DNA from: Macrostomum lignano
Lineage: Eukaryota
Direction of reading: 5' to 3'
DNA: 64,000 nucleotides
Assembly: GCA_002269645.1 (NCBI GenBank)
Contig: NIVC01000853.1
Location: forward strand, 1-64,000
Shown here: one piece after another, positions 49,401 through 58,909 of the stretch
How the letters are laid out: each line of letters opens with the position of its first letter
How positions within the stretch are numbered: position 1 is the stretch's first letter
Notes under the pieces: generated by a model
Database searches by the model: none
Told to the model about the DNA's origin: nothing
Seen by the model: the letters and a program-made list of their open reading frames with translations, nothing else
Translations under genes and position numbers: made by a program

Positions 49401-51062
49401 TAGCAGAGGAGACAAAACGTGACAGGCTGCTAGCAGATGTCATGCGCAGGATAGCCGGAAATCGCTGGTCGGGCTGCTCCCCTGCAGAGCGGCCCTTCAA
49501 GGCAATTCGTCACGCGCTTACAATAGACGACTCGGTAGTGTGCTACGGAGACCGGCCAGTCATTCCCTCGTCTTTGCGAAGCCGCGTCCTGGAGTTGGTA
49601 CACAGCGGGGCGCACCCCGGTGCCTCGAGCACACGAGCGCTGGTCCGCAACTCCGTCTGGTGGCCAGGCTACTGCGGCGACGTGGAAGGATTCGTCCGTG
49701 CCTGCCACACCTGCGCCAAGCAACGCCAAAGCGGCCACAGCAGCGTCCATCAATGGCCGGCCGACTCTGAACCCTGGGGACGCGTCCACATGGACCACGC
49801 TCACGTCCCAAAGGTCGGGCTCCTGCTGGTCCTGGTCGACGCCATGTCCGCCTGGCCGGAGGCCGTCCGAGTGCCGGACAAGAGCGCCGCGACCGTCAGG
49901 AAGGTCCTCCAGGAGGTCTTCGCCCGCAATGGAGTTCCACGAACCCTGGTGAGTGACAATGCTGCTGAATTTCATGATGAAGGGTTGGTGAGTTGGCTGA
50001 GCAGAATTGGCTGCCGCGCTGTGAAAACTCCGCCATACCACCCCCAGTCGAACGGCCTGGCTGAGCGCATGGTGCAGACGATCAAGGTGGCCTCGGCGGG
50101 CTGGGACCAGCAGGAGTCGTACGACGCGTTCCTCGCGCGGATTCTGCTAAACTACCGATGCGTGCCGCATGCCGGAAGAGAGTTCAGTCCAGCGCAGCTG
50201 ATGGGCAGGCAGCTGCGGAACCCCATCACCATGAGAACAGCAATCCGGTCCGAGGTGTGGTACGCCCCAAGGAGAGGCGCGATCCCGGAGAAGGCAGAAT
50301 TCCTAGCGCAGAAGGGATCCAACACGGCGCTGATCGTGCGACAAGGCAACAGAGTCACACTCGCCCACCTTGACCAACTTCGGCGACACGAGCCTGACAA
50401 CAATGAGGGCGGCGCGACTGCGACAACCGACCTGAACGGCAACCTCCGCTCCGAGGGGGCGGCGAAGCCCGCCGACCTGCCAACAGTGACGCCCGGCAGC
50501 GACGGACCTCCGGTCTCGGCCACGTCAGAGCAGGTGGAGAACCAGCCGGCGGCGAGCTCAGTCCCGAGTACTCCCGAGTCCGGTGGCCACAACCGCTTAG
50601 CGGAGAGCAGAGCCGGAACTGACAAGGCGACTACGGCTCAGAGACCGAGCTACAACCTCCGAGCGAATCGAGGCGTGCCCCCGTTGCGATTCGAAGGGGG
50701 GAGATGAGGTGCCGGGCGTGTTTTGATGTACTGCACTGCACCTGACTCACCTGAGTCCAATTATGAGTAACTCTAACTAGCCAGCCAGCCTAACTAACCA
50801 AACCGGCCTACTCCGGTGTACGCTGCTCTGCGTACTTTTTCTCTCTCTCCCCCTTGACATGATAATATTCAGTAGTGATCGATTCTGAGTTTTAAGCCCA
50901 CTTACTTGTTGTCTTTTAAGCCTATATATTGGTCTCGCCACCTACCACCTCGTATCTCACAATCATTGCAATAATTCGCTCATCTCAAATACATAACTTC
51001 GTACTTGACTCAAACCAAGCCCACGGGCGGCCTTGTCATCGTTTACTGGGCGCGACTTGACA
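46429..51062 (+). mobile_element. Ty3/Gypsy LTR retrotransposon (Mag-like), full length, 4634 bp, recent
   Basis: LTRs 46429-46786 and 50705-51062 (358 bp, TG...CA, identical by eye); 5-bp TSD AATGC (46424-46428, 51063-51067); PBS-like TGGCGTCGC at 46788; PPT GAAGGGGGGAGA before 50705. Confidence 0.97.
46787..50707 (+). CDS. Gag-Pol polyprotein (single ORF, 1306 aa from the ATG)
   Basis: Two CCHC knuckles (CQYCGGLH..C, CTACNKKNHFAAVC), protease VDTGAD, RT YQDD, RNase H TDAS..TDH, integrase HHCC plus D-D-E (MDHA, SDNAAEF, NGLAER) in Gypsy order. Confidence 0.97.
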   Translation: MASQANNSELNLDDPDTAEAWLLSFAAAARTKKLTDTEEDRQITDLFLARAGLKALRTLSLMAAPTSLEEKTFEQIRDIIKETIRPKKRLDIAERAKFLALRQDPSESVASYYRRLRAAAATCSFEKLGTKQSSEDELITMRLVDGLASVDHKHRLLERMQATDMLLNEVLQTLEQLEQIRCYNTSTGAAANTEASIAYAGRRGTPPQPAPDTRPPRNISKTKCQYCGGLHQQGACPAFGKRCTACNKKNHFAAVCRSRTVHLETWEENEGAEMERDTANVFVIRPERRVRNGIFRQVKINGKELQMQVDTGADVSLIPRGHWETLGCPALRKSRRILRQFDGSIIRTLGEFTATWDDQEKFRTVDLVVTAARKSHGLLGLDNLDWNPEGQAASAQDSVVQHLDCLKGFQARIKLIEGAKPFYCAARAVPLHLRDRVNQELKRLVTEGIIEPVTEGGSEWASPIVCVLKPNGNVRICADYKAGVNHQVCGDTYPMPTVETIFSDVAGMTDFATLDLSDAYLQIELEEKSREVTTIATPLGLFRYTRLVPGLKSASAIFQKAMETTLEDVSGKVIYQDDILIGGQSAEGLKAKVDEVIKTLQAAGMNINLAKSNLGAKTVKFLGYRISADGISPDPGLVSKIMEISAPRDRRQLESFLGLCNFFGRFVNNYAHVVEPLNQLRKKGAEFVWGAAQEAAFHQLKKLLSSGPIIQPYDRAKETTLTTDASEKAVAAVLTQEGHPVIYFSRRLTQAEARYSNIEREALAIVWAMERARQFLLGKRFTLRTDHRPLEFLFGTRQQLPKVANARLLRWAIRLMGFDFAIEYVRGTQIPHADALSRLDFADVPDDQAEAATHHHHLVHWAGESIIGWNELAEETKRDRLLADVMRRIAGNRWSGCSPAERPFKAIRHALTIDDSVVCYGDRPVIPSSLRSRVLELVHSGAHPGASSTRALVRNSVWWPGYCGDVEGFVRACHTCAKQRQSGHSSVHQWPADSEPWGRVHMDHAHVPKVGLLLVLVDAMSAWPEAVRVPDKSAATVRKVLQEVFARNGVPRTLVSDNAAEFHDEGLVSWLSRIGCRAVKTPPYHPQSNGLAERMVQTIKVASAGWDQQESYDAFLARILLNYRCVPHAGREFSPAQLMGRQLRNPITMRTAIRSEVWYAPRRGAIPEKAEFLAQKGSNTALIVRQGNRVTLAHLDQLRRHEPDNNEGGATATTDLNGNLRSEGAAKPADLPTVTPGSDGPPVSATSEQVENQPAASSVPSTPESGGHNRLAESRAGTDKATTAQRPSYNLRANRGVPPLRFEGGR

Positions 51063-51320
51063 AATGCTATAATTGAATGATATAAGCTTCAATGAGACAA
51101 GCGCTTATGATATAAGCGCCCATGATATAAGCACCCATGATATAAGCTGGAATGATATAAGCTTGAATGCTAAAATCTGGAATGATATAAGCTTCAATGA
51201 TATAAGCTTCAATGAGACAAGCGCCCATGATATAAGCTTGAATGCTATAATTGAATGATATAAGCTTCAATGAGACAAGCGCCCATGATATAAGCGCCCA
51301 CGATATAAGATCTAATGATA
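51063..51320. repeat. 15-bp satellite, right part
   Basis: Continuation of the 45767-46428 array. Confidence 0.9.
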
Positions 51321-52019
51321 CAAGCGCGCATACACAAGCATTTTGACATGTGTTTGAATGGCATGAGCGTGCATTGAAAATACTGCAGCCAGACACACAT
51401 GTACCTGTAAGTGCTGACAAGCAGACTGCAAGCGTTATTTTAACTGAACGGGAGACAAGCGGAGAGAACAGCGCGCTGGGAGTCTCTGAAACTCTCTCGA
51501 ATGGATTTCTTGTTATTACACTGTAAGCACACCTGTGCTTTGAGGAGTTGAGCCTGTTGAGTTGATCTCGGTCTCGCATTAATCATCTCAGCCGATTAAT
51601 GCGTTAAATTTGCCGGTCGGGAACTAGTCGGGCTTCTAATCAGAGCTGAAGCAGTCGGCGGGATTGAGACAGGCAACAAGCAGCCCTCTTATTATCGAAT
51701 GCGCCCCTGCCTTTGCTTTGGGATTTCCTCTGACAACCAGATTAGGCGGGTTGGGCAAGCAGCGTCTTTAGCAGCAGAAATTCGGTTGCCAAGGCGCAGG
51801 TTTACAGAAGCCTCTTGACCTCAGAATTAAGTGAAAAGCAGTAACTGTAATAGTGAACACTTGGCTGCAAGTGTCTCTTCTAAATTAATAATGCAAAACA
51901 TTCAGTCTCGAATTTTGCTGCTGAGTGCCGGGGGCACAACCGCTATCATAAGCCTGCCTAGAAATGCGGAATTATAGGAACTTGCTTTAGGCTTTGCCTA
52001 GGAGATTTCTGGGCTTATT

Positions 52020-52165
52020 CTAAGGCCTATACTAGTTTGTCTAGGCTTAGGCTTAGTCTAAGGCTTATACTAGAGTTTGTCTAGGCTTAGGCTTAGTCTA
52101 AGGCTTATACTAGACTTTGTCTAGGCTTAGGCTTAGTCTAAAGCTTATACTAGACTTTGTCTAGG
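52020..52165. repeat. 40-bp tandem repeat CTAGGCTTAGGCTTAGTCTAAGGCTTATACTAGA(G/C)TTTGT
   Basis: CTAGGCTTAG at 52041, 52081 and 52121; related sequence resumes near 52500, after the SINE. Confidence 0.85.
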
Positions 52166-52191
52166 GCTGAACTTTCGTCTTGTAGGAGATC

Positions 52192-52495
52192 GGGTTGTAG
52201 CCTAGTGGTCAGAGCGTCGGACTCACGACTGAAGAGTCGGGGGTTCGTTTCCCGATCCAATCGGAACAACTTGTTTCCTTGAGCAAGGCACTTAACTCTG
52301 CATTGCTTCAGTTCACCCAGCTGTAAAATGGGTGCCAGCATTAGCTGGGGTAATTGAAGGTGTGTGTGGCGACACCCCAGTGCTTGGACTGAACAGCCGT
52401 ACGCAGCCTTCAGATGCGCCGCGCAAATAGCTGCGGCTGAGCTGTCGGTCGCACATCTGCCCGTTAGGGTAGGTGTAATCAATTATTGCTATTGT
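52192..52495 (+). mobile_element. tRNA-derived SINE, about 300 bp
   Basis: A box TAGCCTAGTGG, B box GGTTCGTTTCCC, tRNA-like head, central CCTTGAGCAAGGCACTTAAC...CTGTAAAATGGGT (CORE/Meta-like), ATT-type tail; second copy at 58521-58824. Confidence 0.88.
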
Positions 52496-52976
52496 TAAGT
52501 CTGAGGCTTAAGCTTAGTCTAGAATTTATCTGAGGCTTAGGCTCAGTCTTGACTTGACAAGTGACTGCTGTGACTCAAAGTGACTGTGGTGACTCAAAGT
52601 TACTGTTGAATCCCCTCGGCTCAAACTGTTTCAAACCCGATAGCAGAAGTCAGCAAATTGCTCTGTTTGAGCAGCTCTCCGTAGCTTTGAAGAAACCAGA
52701 AGAAAAATGCAACACAGTTTGGCTTTCACTCCAAGCCCCATTTTTAGAACTTTGAAACAGCGCAACTTCAATAATAGCGTTGACCTTTTGCGATTTGCAT
52801 GTTTATATTTCTCATCAAATCGAACGATTACCTACAGAGAGGCTGGGGCCGCACAGAGCACACTGCATCAAGGCGCACAGGCACAACAGCAATAAGGGAC
52901 ATTGGGGCTCGCTAGTCGGTCTCAGGTTAAGTGACGATGGTCAGCTGGCGGCAGGTGTTCGCGTTGCCTTCGCTTC

Positions 52977-53423
52977 TCAGCCGTAGCGCATGATGTTGGC
53001 CCTGAGGATCTGGCCGGCCCTGTGCTGGTCGCCGGGCTCCACGCGGACTCTCGAATAGTGGAACAGCGGCGAGGTCAGGAAGTCCCGCTTGGCCTGACGG
53101 ACCCGGCGACTCCCCAGCTGGCGGCCGCCGCCGCCGCTGCTACGCCTCTCGGCCAGGAGGGTCGCTACTGCGGCCGAGGCGGCCGAGGCGGCGGCAGCGG
53201 CGGCGTCGGCGGCTGCCTGGGAGGCGCACACGGCCGTCAGCTGGGCGGCGTCGCTGTCGGCGAGCTCCTCGAAGCGCGGATGACGAAGCGCCTGCTGACA
53301 GGCGTCGTCACCGGCGTCGGCGGCAGGGACGGCGACTGCCAGGGCGGCCGGCTGCGGCTGAAGGCAGGTGGACGAGAGCAGCAGCAGAGCCAGCAGCAGG
53401 TGGGCAGCGATTCCTCGGGACAT
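52977..53423 (-). CDS. Secreted neuropeptide precursor, 148 aa, yielding a C-terminal amidated ...ANIMRY-NH2 peptide (NKY-like RYamide)
   Basis: Hydrophobic signal peptide (HLLLALLLLSS), KR cleavage site, 34-aa peptide plus Gly then stop; GC-rich intronless ORF. Confidence 0.85.
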   Translation of the reverse strand: MSRGIAAHLLLALLLLSSTCLQPQPAALAVAVPAADAGDDACQQALRHPRFEELADSDAAQLTAVCASQAAADAAAAAASAASAAVATLLAERRSSGGGGRQLGSRRVRQAKRDFLTSPLFHYSRVRVEPGDQHRAGQILRANIMRYG

Positions 53424-53528
53424 GGCCGGCTTCTCAGTTGCCTGGTTGCTTCTTCCCTCTTTCGAAAAATGCAAGAGTTTTCTCTTCAACAGTGAGAAGG
53501 CAGCGAAGGCTGCATGTGGATGCCAGGC

Positions 53529-53577
53529 TTTTTATACAGACTCCCCGCCTCATCAGTCCAGCCTACGCCATGATTGG
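53529..53577 (-). promoter_or_regulatory. Pol II promoter of the neuropeptide gene
   Basis: TATAAAAA at 53536-53529 (about 105 bp upstream of the ATG), GC-box-like GAGGCGGGG near 53545, CCAAT at 53577-53573. Confidence 0.6.
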
Positions 53578-53802
53578 CCGCCTCGGCTCTTAAACAATTA
53601 TTTTTCTCCCACGCCTCCGCCTCGATAATCCTAACTTAGGAGACAGCTGGGGTAGTCTGAAATCTGCGTGTTGAAATCTGAATTTAAACACGTCTCTTGT
53701 ACGCTCGCAGGAGCAGCTGGGACAGTAGCGATTGAGGCTTCTTCATCAAACTGTGAAGAAACCTGAGTAGCGAAATTGGGCTGCATTTCACGGCTAGCAA
53801 CA

Positions 53803-54732
53803 TCACCTACCTGTCTATAGCACCATCACCTACCTGTCTAGCACCATCACCTACCTGTCTAGCACCATCACCTACCTGTCTAGCACCATCACCTACCTGT
53901 CTATAGCACCATCACCTACCTGTCTATAGCACCATCACCTACCTGTCTATAGCACCATCACCTACCTGTCTATAGCACCATCACCTACCTGTCTATAGCA
54001 CCATCACCTACCTGTCTATAGCACCATCACCTACCTGTCTATAGCACCATCACCTACCTGTCTATAGCACCATCACCTACCTGTCTATAGCACCATCACC
54101 TACCTGTCTAGCACCATCACCTACCTGTCTATAGCACCATCACCTACCTGTCTATAGCACCATCACCTACCTGTCTATTGCACCATCACCTACCTGTCTA
54201 TAGCACCATCACCTACCTGTCTATAGCACCATCACCTACCTGTCTATAGCACCATCACCTACCTGTCTATAGCACCATCACCAACCTGTCTATAGCACCA
54301 TCACCTACCTGTCTATAGCACCATCACCTACCTGTCTATAGCACCATCACCTACCTGTCTATAGCACCATCACCTACCTGTCTATAGCACCATCACCTAC
54401 CTGTCTATAGCACCATCACCTACCTGTCTAGCACCATCACCTACCTGTCTATAGCACCATCACCTACCTGTCTATAGCACCATCACCTACCTGTCTATAG
54501 CACCATCACCTACCTGTCTAGCACCATCACCTACCTGTCTAGCATCATCACCTACCTGTCTATAGCACCATCACCTACCTGTCTATAGCACCATCACCTA
54601 CCTGTCTATAGCACCATCACCTACCTGTCTATAGCACCATCACCTACCTGTCTAGCACCATCACCTACCTGTCTAGCATCATCACCTACCTGTCTATAGC
54701 ACCATCACCTACCTGTCTAGCACCATCACCTA
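53803..54732. repeat. 23-bp (21-bp variant) minisatellite ATAGCACCATCACCTACCTGTCT
   Basis: About 40 near-identical tandem units. Confidence 0.97.
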
Positions 54733-55097
54733 CATCACGGCTACCACAGCACCATCACTTGGCTAGCAACTTCGTTACGCCGTGAACAAAAAAGAACAAA
54801 AAGCTGCATGTTTTCAACTGGCTGTTTTGAGCTTCCGAGTATTTTTCCGGCTTCCTCTATCTTTCCATGCTAGCGAGAAATTATTTATAAATAAAAACAG
54901 CGTTTGACAATGCAAATGAGTTAGTGAGAAGTTCGGCATTGAATATGCGAGCTGTTACTGGGAAATCAAGCGCGAGAAGCAGACGAGTGCGCTTAGAAAA
55001 CTAGGCGGCAGCTGCAGGTTTGCTGCCGTACTTTTAAATGGGCAATATTGTCAATATAGTGAGAAACACAGTGCCAGTCTGTACTACAGGGAGCGGA

Positions 55098-57200
55098 GAG
55101 GCACAGGGTGGGGATGCAGGTGAGAAGAGATGGAGGGGAGGCACAGGGTGGGGATGCAGGTGAGAGGTGGCGGGAGAGGCACAGGGTGGGGATGCAGGTG
55201 AGAAGAGATGGAGGGGAGGCACAGGGTGGGGATGCAGGTGAGAGGTGGCGGGAGAGGCACAGGGTGGGGATGCAGGTGAGAAGAGATGGAGGGGAGGCAC
55301 AGGGTGGGGATGCAGGTGAGAAGAGATGGAGGGGAGGCACAGGGTGGGGATGCAGGTGAGAGGTGGCGGGGGAGGCACAGGGTGGGGATGCAGGTGAGAA
55401 GTAATGGAGGGGAGGCACAGGGTGGGGATGCAGGTGAGAGGTGGTGGGGAGAGGCACAGGGTGGGGATGCAGGTAAGAGGTGGTGGGGGGAGGCACAGGG
55501 TGGGGATGCAGGTGAGAGGTGGCGGGGGAGGCACAGGGTGGGGATGCAGGTGAGAGGTGGCGGGAGAGGCACAGGGTGGGGATGCAGGTGAGAGGTGGTG
55601 GGGGGAGGCACAGGGTGGGGATGCAGGTGAGAAGAGATGGAGGGGAGGCACAGGGTGGGGATGCAGGTGAGAGGTGGTGGGGAGAGGCACAGGGTGGGGA
55701 TGCAGGTAAGAGGTGGTGGGGGGAGGCACAGGGTGGGGATGCAGGTGAGAGGTGGCGGGGGAGGCACAGGGTGGGGATGCAGGTGAGAGGTGGCGGGGGA
55801 GGCACAGGGTGGGGATGCAGGTGAGAGGTGGTGGGGGGAGGCACAGGGTGGGGATGCAGGTGAGAAGAGATGGAGGGGAGGCACAGGGTGGGGATGCAGG
55901 TGAGAGGTGGCGGGAGAGGCACAGGGTGGGGATGCAGGTGAGAAGAGATGGAGGGGAGGCACAGGGTGGGGATGCAGGTGAGAGGTGGCGGGGGAGAGGC
56001 ACAGGGTGGGGATGCAGGTGAGAAGAGATGGAGGGGAGGCACAGGGTGGGGATGCAGGTGAGAAGAGATGGAGGGGAGGCACAGGGTGGGAATGCAGGTG
56101 AGAAGAGATGGAGGGGAGGCACAGGGTGGGGATGCAGGTGAGAGGTGGCGGGAGAGGCACAGGGTGGGGATGCAGGTGAGAAGAGATGGAGGGGAGGCAC
56201 AGGGTGGGGATGCAGGTGAGAGGTGGCGGGAGAGGCACAGGGTGGGGATGCAGGTGAGAAGAGATGGAGGGGAGGCACAGGGTGGGGATGCAGGTGAGAG
56301 GTGGCGGGAGAGGCACAGGGTGGGGATGCAGGTGAGAAGAGATGGAGGGGAGGCACAGGGTGGGGATGCAGGTGAGAAGAGATGGAGGGGAGGCACAGGG
56401 TGGGGATGCAGGTAAGAGGTGGCGGGGGAGAGGCACAGGGTGGGGATGCAGGTGAGAGGTGGCGGGGGAGGCACAGGGTGGGGATGCAGGTGAGAGGTGG
56501 CGGGAGAGGCACAGGGTGGGGATGCAGGTGAGAAGAGATGGAGGGGAGGCACAGGGTGGGGATGCAGGTGAGAAGAGATGGAGGGGAGGCACAGGGTGGG
56601 GATGCAGGTGAGAAGAGATGGAGGGGAGGCACAGGGTGGGGATGCAGGTGAGAAGAGATGGAGGGGAGGCACAGGGTGGGGATGCAGGTGAGAAGAGATG
56701 GAGGGGAGGCACAGGGTGGGGATGCAGGTAAGAGGTGGCGGGGGAGAGGCACAGGGTGGGGATGCAGGTGAGAGGTGGCGGGGGAGGCACAGGGTGGGGA
56801 TGCAGGTGAGAGGTGGCGGGGGAGGCACAGGGTGGGGATGCAGGTGAGAGGTGGCGGGGAGAGGCACAGGGTGGGGATGCAGGTGAGAGGTGGCGGGGGA
56901 GGCACAGGGTGGGGATGCAGGTGAGAGGTGGCGGGGGAGGCACAGGGTGGGGATGCAGGTGAGAAGTAATGGAGGGGAGGCACAGGGTGGGGATGCAGGT
57001 GTGAGAGATGGAGGGGAGGCACAGGGTGGGGATGCAGGTGAGAGGTGGTGGGGGGAGGCACAGGGTGGGGATGCAGGTGAGAGGTGGTGGGGGGAGGCAC
57101 AGGGTGGGGATGCAGGTGAGAGGTGGCGGGGGAGAGGCACAGGGTGGGGATGCAGGTGAGAAGTGTTGGGGGAGGCACAGGGTGGGGATGCAGGTGTGAG
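55098..57200. repeat. 38-41-bp G-rich minisatellite with core GAGGCACAGGGTGGGGATGCAGGTGAGA
   Basis: About 2.1 kb of tandem units with a constant core and a variable linker. Confidence 0.97.
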
Positions 57201-58520
57201 AGATGGAAGGCTCAAAAGAAGCAGATCAAGAAAAACGATTAGGGAAAATCGATTTGGCTTCTTGGAGCCCAGGTGGCGATACTCGAAATGGTTCGGTTGC
57301 TACGCCGCTATAAAATTATTTTCCCTTTGAAGTCTGGGAAAAACTCTAAAAATATCCTGGCGGCAATTTTTTACAGCACAGAAACAGGCAGACGTGACGG
57401 GAATGGTAAACGAGAGCTGCTTTTAGGTCCGCCCAGATACTAGCCGACATGTACTAAGCATCCCCCCCAGTTTTACAATTCACAAGTACGTGAACTACAC
57501 AATAAAATGAAGTACACATCTGGCTTCGAGGCTCGCCAAGGTCAAAACATCGAGCAAACTTAGCTCGTAGAAGCGAACAAACTAAACTCACATGTGCAAA
57601 CTATTGATCGTTTTAAAACTGGACCAAATATCCTCGCTTTAACAGTCGAACTACTCGTGCCAAGGGGGGTCCCCCATCGACAAGTTTTTTGCTGCGCCGG
57701 AACGGAGAAACGCAGACACACAAAACACCAGAACACGGTCCAACTTTTGTTGCGCACCTTCTCAAACAAGAATCAAGTCGCCAGCCCTCCGGACCGTCCA
57801 GATATTCAACGATTCTGCCAGGTCGGATTTTCCCATAAGCGCCAGTGCATTCAGTACACCCCTGTGCGCCAATCAGCACTGCGCCTCAGTGCAGCCTTGC
57901 CAAGCCTCCAAATTTCATCGACACGTCAACCTGACTTCGTTGGTCACTGGCCTTCACCCAGGCGGAGCTTCTGGACCTTCAACGGGTAGCATCAGTCGAC
58001 TATGGACATCCAAGCGAGATTTTCAATGGGCAAGTCGTCTGCTTTATTAAGAAATATACTAGTAGTAAATAGCTGGCAAAAGGCTGGTGTGATATGTGTA
58101 CTTGTGAAATCTCGAGAGTTCACATGGCATATGATGATTAGGTCGGCTCATTTAACACCGGAGACAAAATTGAGCTTAGTGGCACATGCTGCATTAGCGA
58201 TATTAGCAGGCGCTGCAGCATTGAGCCCAGCAGTGCGTAGGAGTGCGTGCGAGAGAGAGAGAGAGAGAGAGAGAGACGCGAATGCGGGCGAGCCGTGCAG
58301 AATCCGTAAACAGCAAACAACTTCATCCCGAGTAGAGCTTCGTATCTCTAGCAATTAAAAATCCCAGAATAAACATTCAATAAGAGATCCCGAAATACAG
58401 CTCACACTTGCAGACATCCCAAAACACACGTTCCCGCCGGTAGGGTGCCTGCATAATAGGGTACTGAGCGAATACCAGCACAGTAAGAAGAGCGCTACTG
58501 AAAAACACACTTCAAACAGA

Positions 58521-58824
58521 ATAATAATAATTCATTACACCTGCCCCAATTAGGCCAGATGCGCAACCGACAGCTCAGCCGCAGCTATTTGCGCGGAGCA
58601 TCTGAAGGCTGCGTACGGCTGTTCAGTCCAAGGACTGAGGGGTCACCACCCACACCCTCAATTACCCCAGCTAATGCTGGCACCCATTTTACAGCTGAGT
58701 GAACTGAAGCAATGCAGAGTAAACTGTCTTGCTCAAGGACACAAATTGTTCCAGTGGGATCGGGAATCGAACCTCCGACCTTCAAGTCGTGAGTCCGACG
58801 CTCTAACCACTAGGCTACAATCCC
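58521..58824 (-). mobile_element. tRNA-derived SINE, second copy
   Basis: Reverse complement is homologous to 52192-52495; B box GGTTCGATTCCC; (ATT)n tail. Confidence 0.88.
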
Positions 58825-58909
58825 ATAACAGAAAAACAGAAGCAAAAGAAAAGAAAGAAAGCGTCTAGCTGTCTATGGCTAGCAGGTCAGATCGGGTGCC
58901 GAGGGTGGG

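Noticed and set aside
46687-50625. Antisense and alternate-frame ORFs over gag-pol, and likewise over the Helitron exons
   Set aside because: Shadow ORFs expected in GC-rich coding DNA; no independent motifs
52192-52265. tRNA gene
   Set aside because: Acceptor and anticodon stems pair poorly and the sequence continues into a body shared with 58521-58824, so it is a SINE head
54993-57215. ORFs of 619-740 aa rich in Pro, His and Cys
   Set aside because: Translations of the C-rich strand of the G-rich minisatellite in all three frames
57760-58060. Coding-looking stretch on the minus strand (LAHRGVLNALALMGKSDLAESL...)
   Set aside because: Interrupted by stops and not assignable to any family by eye; a translated search is needed
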